From Myxococcota bacterium (GTDB lineage: Bacteria; Myxococcota_A; UBA9160; UBA6930), in contig OZ245002.1 of assembly GCA_965223415.1 (NCBI GenBank), forward strand, positions 5,088,001 to 5,152,000: DNA of 64,000 bases, given 5' to 3'. Below, piece after piece: positions 58,631-64,000 of the stretch; within the stretch, counting starts at the first letter, position 1; the number at the start of each line of letters is the position of its first letter. The translations under genes were made by a program, and so were the position numbers. Under the pieces are notes generated by a model. That model was not told the origin of the DNA. It saw nothing but the letters and a program-made list of their open reading frames with translations, and searched no databases.

Positions 58631-59716
58631 AGTCGCCCGGCGACTTCGCCATCAATCGCTTGGCGAGGACCGGGACCAGGGGACGCATCAGCCGCCCGGC
58701 CAGACGACCGAGCCGCCCGGTGGGCGCCGTCTCACCCGCCGAGCCGTAGGCGTCGATGCCGAGTTCCTCGCGCAGGTCGGCGGAGACGAGCTTCACCGGG
58801 GTATCGAGGGGGATGCCGGTGCCGTCGGCGATCCGCACCATGCGCTGGAAGTTGCCGACGACGCCCGCCGCATCGACCGTGGCTGCGTCACCCACCGCCG
58901 CGCGAAGGGATTCGCGCGCGCGACCGATGGCGTCCTCCTCGCCGCCGACGACCGCCTCGGCGAAGCGCACCAGCTCCGGCCCGTGGGCGACGCCGCTCTC
59001 CGCCGCGTCGCCACTCGTCACGCCGCTCACGTCGAGCGTCCGCCCTTCCATCTCGCCGCCCGCACGGAGCAGCACCGCGTGGGAGCTGGTTCAGTAGAAG
59101 CAGTCGTTCAGGGCGGAGACCCGCCCGGCGAGGAGCTCGATCTGCTGCCGATCGAGGGCTCGCCCCTCGGACCAGGTCGGCACGCCGACCGCCCACATCG
59201 GAACGTACTGGGCCGCCGAGAGCGACTGCAGCGCCCGCACCGCATCCGGCACGAGGCTGAGCGCGCGGACCACGTTGGCGGACTGCTTGCCCGAGAAGAG
59301 ATCGCTCTCCTTCGCACCCGCCTTGCCGGACGCGATCATCGGCACCCAGGCGGTCTCGGTCTCGAGGGCCTCGGGGCGGTAGCCGGAAGCCGTGCCCGGC
59401 TCCGGGATCGGCAGCGTCTCCGGCGCCAGGCCGAGGCCGCGATGGAAGGAGTCGATGCTGATCACCGACACCACCACACCCAGGAGCTCCACATAGTGGC
59501 CGTCCGAGAGGCCCTGGGCGGCCAGCTTCTGGACCCAGCTGCCGGAGAGCCGGGACGCGTCGGTGACGAGCCGGTGCACCGTGTCGATCGCCGCATCCGG
59601 CAGCACGCTCCCCTCGGCGTGCTCGTGCTCGCCAGGGCGAGCCAGTAGGCGCGATGGGCCTCGGGGATCTCGGGACGGACGGGCCACGGCGTCGTCTCGT
59701 AGGCGAAGCTCGACAT
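58617..59716 (-). pseudogene. AhpD/CMD-like selenoprotein (CxxU; Sec at TGA 59093-59091) with a frameshift near 59630
   Basis: In-frame readthrough gives IELLAGRVSALNDCFY-U-TSSHAVLLR into ORF 58617-59075. The N-terminus MSSFAYETT...AYWLALA is in a different frame from the body. Confidence 0.75.
59059..59083 (-). promoter_or_regulatory. SECIS-like hairpin
   Basis: mRNA CCC-A-CGCGG-UGCUGCU-CCGUG-C-GGG; the inner stem begins 11 nt after the UGA. Confidence 0.55.
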
Positions 59717-59814
59717 GGGCCGAGCATAGCGTCCTGCCCGCTGCCTCCGTCCCAGGGGGGTAGACAGGGGAAGAAACCGGCGCGTAGGATGGCCCGCTCC
59801 CAAGGAGGATCCCG

Positions 59815-60594
59815 ATGCGCATGCTGCTTCGACTGCCCCTGCTCTGCCTCCTGCTCGCGCTGACCCCGGCCACGAGCGCAATGGCGGGCCCGCTGCTCTC
59901 GGCGACCTGGCGGGGCGCCATGCCGCTCTCTGCGTACCGGCTCACGACCGGCGCCGGAACCCTCCAGGCCAGCGGCTGGGCGTCCGGAGGATCGGCCCAC
60001 GTTTCGCTCACGATCCCGACCTTCACGACGACCCGCTTCGTCACCAGCACCGTGCCGACGGCCATCGTCCGCCAGCACCTCCGCGGCAGCCAGACGATCG
60101 CGTTCGGTCCCGGCGGCGCCGTGGCGAACCAGGCCTTGAGCGCCACGATCGACGTGTCCCTCGCCATCGCTAGCGGCTTCCGCCTCTTCACCCTGCCCAT
60201 GGCCATCGGCCTCAGCCAGACCCCGACCGCCACCGGCTTCAACCCGTTGATCGGTCAGATCACGGTCGTGAACCAGTTCCTCGGCTGGACCACGGGGAGC
60301 TTCGCGAGCCCCGTGACCTTCAGCGGCATCTCCTACGGCAGCTACGTCAGCCGGGGCTCGAACCGGCTCACGGCCAGCGGCGGGGGCACACTGACGCTGA
60401 TCGGCCCCTCCGTCACGAACGTCACCATCCAGGGGCAGCCCAACCGCCACGACCCGAGCGTCACCCGCCTCACCCTGACCTTCGCGCCCGGCCCGGGCCC
60501 CGGCGGCCCCCAGCCCGCGATCCCGGAGCCCGCCGCCGCCCAGCTCGTGCTGGGCGCCCTCGCGCTCCTGGGCCTGCTCCGCCGAGCACGCTGA
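59815..60594 (+). CDS. PEP-CTERM sorting-domain protein
   Basis: Signal peptide, Thr/Gly-rich body and IPEPAAAQLVLGALALLGLLRRAR. Confidence 0.85.
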   Translation: MRMLLRLPLLCLLLALTPATSAMAGPLLSATWRGAMPLSAYRLTTGAGTLQASGWASGGSAHVSLTIPTFTTTRFVTSTVPTAIVRQHLRGSQTIAFGPGGAVANQALSATIDVSLAIASGFRLFTLPMAIGLSQTPTATGFNPLIGQITVVNQFLGWTTGSFASPVTFSGISYGSYVSRGSNRLTASGGGTLTLIGPSVTNVTIQGQPNRHDPSVTRLTLTFAPGPGPGGPQPAIPEPAAAQLVLGALALLGLLRRAR

Positions 60595-60875
60595 AGCTCC
60601 GTTCGCAGGGAGAACGGCTGAGGCCGTAGGCCACTCCCCGCGCCACAGGTGTCCATTGACGCCACGCGTCGGGACCCGTGCCGACCGGGGATGACGCAGG
60701 GTCAGATATATTTGTTGAACTTCAGTGACTTATCCGGTTGACGCATTGCGCCACAAGTTCCCCGGGGACGTTGGGACTCCGCGTGGCGTTCCGTCCCAAT
60801 CTGCCGGTCGACGCCCCTTGGATGCGGCGATCTCCCACGACCCCGCCCTGCAGCTCTGTTCGCCCCCTGTCGAGA

Positions 60876-60891
60876 TGGCACGGCGGCTGCA
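60876..60891 (+). promoter_or_regulatory. Sigma54 promoter
   Basis: TGGCACGGCGGCTGCA, 76 nt upstream of ATG 60967. Confidence 0.65.
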
Positions 60892-60966
60892 AATACCGCG
60901 AGCGTGGCTCCGCACCAGAGACGGACGCCGCGCTGAACCCGCCACTGAGGATCCAGGAAAACCGCC

Positions 60967-61254
60967 ATGGACAACGATCGCGCCTTCGTCTTCTACGCCA
61001 CCACGATCTTCGCCGCATTGGCCTCCGTGGTCACAGCCTCCCTGATGGCGGGTGTCGCCGCGCTGCCGACCCTCGGCGTCTTCCTCTCCCACTGGGCGCT
61101 CAGCCTCGGCTTCCGCCTGGCCTACAAGAACTTCGACAACAGCTACAGCCCGATCCCCTGGTTCGTCCCGACCGCCATCCCCGCACCCGCCGGCGCTCCC
61201 GCGCTGCCGACCGCGGACGCCACGGTCAAGGAAGAGGAGAAGCAGGCGGCCTAG
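60967..61254 (+). CDS. Small membrane protein (95 aa)
   Basis: AGGA RBS, two hydrophobic segments and a strongly biased codon usage. Confidence 0.75.
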   Translation: MDNDRAFVFYATTIFAALASVVTASLMAGVAALPTLGVFLSHWALSLGFRLAYKNFDNSYSPIPWFVPTAIPAPAGAPALPTADATVKEEEKQAA

Positions 61255-61394
61255 CTCCCCGCATCCCCTACGACCCGCATCGCCGCGGCGCGTCGACCCG
61301 GTCGGCGCGTCGCGGTTTCGTTTGGGTTCGGGCCAAGGGCGCGGCCGCCGCCCGCGCACACCTGTGGCAGACTCGCCTGCGGAGGGACGCCGAG

Positions 61395-61826
61395 ATGAAG
61401 AAGGCCGCCCGGATCACCGTCGCCGTGCTCGTCGGCTACGTCGTCCTGGCGTTGGCCTTCGATGCCTTCATCGGCGCTACGCAGATCGCCCTCGGCGGGC
61501 CCGAGGGTGTCCTGCGCACCTTCGACGAGGACGGCCAGGTGCACGAGACGCGCATGATCGTCCTCCAGGACGGCGACGTGACCTGGGTGCAGTCCGGCCA
61601 TCACTTCCGCGGCTGGTACCACCGCCTCATGGCCAACTCCGAGGTCGAACTCCTCATGGACGACGGCGAGGTGCGGGCCTACCTGGCCGTGCCCCTCGAG
61701 GACGCGGCCTCGAAGGCGAACATGAAGCGGCTGATCGAGGAGCGCGTCGGCCGGGTCCGCGCCCGGGTGATCCGGACGATCCTGCTCTTCGCCGACGTCA
61801 AGCCGGTGCGGCTCGACCCGCGTTGA
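61395..61826 (+). CDS. Membrane-anchored split-barrel (DDN/nitroreductase-like) protein
   Basis: N-terminal TM, GWYHRLMANSEVEL and VRLDPR; GGAGGG RBS. Confidence 0.65.
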   Translation: MKKAARITVAVLVGYVVLALAFDAFIGATQIALGGPEGVLRTFDEDGQVHETRMIVLQDGDVTWVQSGHHFRGWYHRLMANSEVELLMDDGEVRAYLAVPLEDAASKANMKRLIEERVGRVRARVIRTILLFADVKPVRLDPR

Positions 61827-61854
61827 GTCGGGCTGCGCCCGGAGACGGGCGCGT

Positions 61855-62658
61855 TCAGTCGAAGCCGTTGGGCAGCGAGCTCCGGTGGCGGCGCGTCATG
61901 GCTGCCAGGCCGATCACACTGGAACCCAGGAGGAGCAACGTGCCCGGCTCCGGCACGAAGTTCAGGGTCAGGATCGTGGCGTCCGCGGTGCGGAAGTCGA
62001 GGTTCGAGCCGTCGCAGGCACCCAGGGTCGTCCCCCCCGCGCACACCGAAGCGACACCGGGCGAAACCAGGGTGATCGACCCGCCGCCGTCCGGCGTCAA
62101 GCCGAACGATCCGGCGGCGGTGAGCGCCGGCAGGGGCGCCGTCATGTTGGTGGCGCCGTTGGGCGTGGTCGTGGTGCCGAACAGACCGCCGATCGATACG
62201 GAGCCCGGTGTCCACGGGAAGAAAGTCGCTGTGATGGTGGCGGCGCCCAGCTGCATGACGGTGACGACCATCGCGGTGCCCGATCCGCCGGGGGAGATCG
62301 GGATCGTCAGCAGCGGAAAGATGTCTGCGATGTACGTCACGGCGCCCGGAATCCCCGCGTTCGCCGTGGCACCGGCCGCGGTGATGCCGATGGATGCCTG
62401 GCCACCCAGCACCTGGGCGATGTAGAAGGGGAACGTCCCGCTCAGGAACCCCTGATACGGCACCGTGATGGCGACGGAGGCACCGAAGGCGGTGGAGCTT
62501 CCGGAGGCGATCAGGCTTCCCCCGGCGGTGGTGAGCGTGAACGGCGTGCCGTCCTGGAAGTCGCCCGTCCAGCTGGCCGACGTGAGCGTTCCCGCTGGGG
62601 CCGTGCTGGCGACCCACAGAGAGCCCAGAACGACCGCCAGAGAAAGGGACCACCGCAT
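61855..62658 (-). CDS. PEP-CTERM sorting-domain protein
   Basis: Signal MRWSLSLAVVLG...APA; C-terminal FVPEPGTLLLLGSSVIGLAAMTRRHR. Confidence 0.88.
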   Translation of the reverse strand: MRWSLSLAVVLGSLWVASTAPAGTLTSASWTGDFQDGTPFTLTTAGGSLIASGSSTAFGASVAITVPYQGFLSGTFPFYIAQVLGGQASIGITAAGATANAGIPGAVTYIADIFPLLTIPISPGGSGTAMVVTVMQLGAATITATFFPWTPGSVSIGGLFGTTTTPNGATNMTAPLPALTAAGSFGLTPDGGGSITLVSPGVASVCAGGTTLGACDGSNLDFRTADATILTLNFVPEPGTLLLLGSSVIGLAAMTRRHRSSLPNGFD

Positions 62659-62719
62659 GGTGGGGATGGTACCACGATCCGGCATCTGCCCGGCCGGCCT
62701 GCCACACGACAGGCTCTCG

Positions 62720-63139
62720 GGCAGCATCGACTGGGTCACGGTCGGAGGCGCCGGCAACGCCGCCGACACCACGGGCCATGGCGCCGTGGCAACCCCCTAC
62801 CGCACCTCGAAGACCGAGGTGACGAACGCCCAGTACGCTGAGTTCCTGAACGCGGTCGCGGCCACGGATACCCACGGCCTCTACAACGCGAGCATGGGCT
62901 CGGGCTTCAGCGGCATCACACGCGGCGGAAGCTCCGGGAGCTGCACCTACCGCGCGATCGCGGGCCGGGCGGACATGCCCGTGACCTACGTCTCGTTCCG
63001 GGACAGCCTGCGCTTCGCGAACTGGCTGCACAACGGCCAGCCGACCGGCGCGCAGGGCAATGCCACGACGGAAGACGGCGCCTACACGATCTCCCCGATC
63101 GGGATCGCGACCACAGATCGGTGTACCCTCGCCTCGTGA
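62720..63139 (+). pseudogene. Fragment of an FGE-sulfatase/SUMF1-domain protein
   Basis: IDWVTVGGAGNAAD...EVTNAQYAEFLN...PVTYVS...RFANWLHNG; no signal peptide and stops before the LPxExEW motif. Confidence 0.7.
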
Positions 63140-64000
63140 ACGTGCGGGCACTGCGCGCGCTGGAGGGGCATTCGCCGGGAGCGGTCGCGTCGGGCCTGCT
63201 CGTCGCGGCGCTGCTGTTGGGCGTCTACGTGGCCGGTGTCGCGCTGCTCGGCGCGCCCGGACACCGCTGGAGCGCCGCCGGCGCCCCGCTCCTCCACCCC
63301 GAGCACCGGCTGAACGTGGTCGTGATCTTCCTGATGAGCTTCCTCTTCGCGAGCCAGCGCTACGTGAACCAACGGAAGGACGAGAGCCTGGAGCAGCTGC
63401 GCTCTCTCACCGATTGCGGGGAGGCGGAGTTCGAGGAGCTGCGCGAGCGGCACGAATCGGTGGATCGGCGCCGCCTCTTCCTTGTGGCGTTGGGCTCTGC
63501 GCTGCTCGGCATCGGGGCCGTGCCCGCCACCCAGCGCGATCCGCTCTCCCTGCTGCAGCCCGGCCTCTGGGGCTTCCGGTTGGCCTGGTCGTTCGGCGCG
63601 AATGCCGCGCTGTTCGCAACGCTCGGGGTCGGGATCTACCGCTCCATGCGGTCGCACGCCGCACTGGCGGACGTCGTCGAGCGGATCGAGCGGATCGACC
63701 TGCTCGATCGTGCGCCGCTGGCTCCGTTCCCGCACATGGGGCTGCGTCACGCCTTCGTCTGGCTGGGCGGGAGCTCGATCGCGTCGCTCATCGTCCTGGA
63801 CGTGGAGCGCGCCTGGCCCGTCGCCGTCGTGATCCTGGTGACGCTCGGAACGGGCGCCTTCGCGTTCCTGGGTCCGCTGCGGGCGATTCGCGACCGCCTG
63901 CGCCTCGAGAAGAGCGCCGAGCTGGCGCGGGTGCGCGCCCGGATCCGCGAGGCCAGCAGCTCGGCGCTGGCGAGCGAGCCCGGCGCCGAGGGGGCGAGCC
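63136..64000 (+). CDS. Multi-pass membrane protein, 3' end beyond window
   Basis: Read from GTG 63136: MNVRALRALEGHSPGAVASGLLVAALLLGVYV..., with several TM segments and no stop seen. Confidence 0.65.
   Translation, partial: MNVRALRALEGHSPGAVASGLLVAALLLGVYVAGVALLGAPGHRWSAAGAPLLHPEHRLNVVVIFLMSFLFASQRYVNQRKDESLEQLRSLTDCGEAEFEELRERHESVDRRRLFLVALGSALLGIGAVPATQRDPLSLLQPGLWGFRLAWSFGANAALFATLGVGIYRSMRSHAALADVVERIERIDLLDRAPLAPFPHMGLRHAFVWLGGSSIASLIVLDVERAWPVAVVILVTLGTGAFAFLGPLRAIRDRLRLEKSAELARVRARIREASSSALASEPGAEGAS

Overview
A very GC-rich bacterial chromosomal segment with about 60 genes. GC content, TonB/outer-membrane genes, PEP-CTERM proteins and the fatty-acyl/CoA catabolic repertoire suggest a diderm such as Myxococcota/Deltaproteobacteria; this is inference only. 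The window runs in this order: (1) queE, a DHH-domain fusion, cutA and dGTPase; (2) a cobalamin riboswitch ahead of a TonB-dependent receptor and TonB; (3) hybrid kinases, miaE and acyl-CoA ligase/hydrolase/Rieske/LLM/CoA-transferase catabolic genes; (4) an oxoamine-synthase-GNAT fusion; (5) a sigma54/NtrC-type amtB; (6) a TetR locus with a repeated operator, flanked by 37-bp inverted repeats; (7) an exopolysaccharide locus; (8) PEP-CTERM genes. Main highlights: first, a PNAG/Pel-like exopolysaccharide operon (44.5-54.5 kb) headed by a KaiC/RecA-ATPase-REC*-GGDEF* protein, which has the BcsE architecture but an intact Walker A and an RxxD I-site; its TPR-porin gene is out of frame at a C6 tract. 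Second, two selenoprotein genes that the ORF track splits at in-frame UGA codons: a GrdB/PrdB-like UxxC protein and an AhpD-like CxxU protein, each with a SECIS-like hairpin 11 nt after the UGA. Third, many apparently leaderless genes. No rRNA, tRNA, CRISPR array or transposase was seen.
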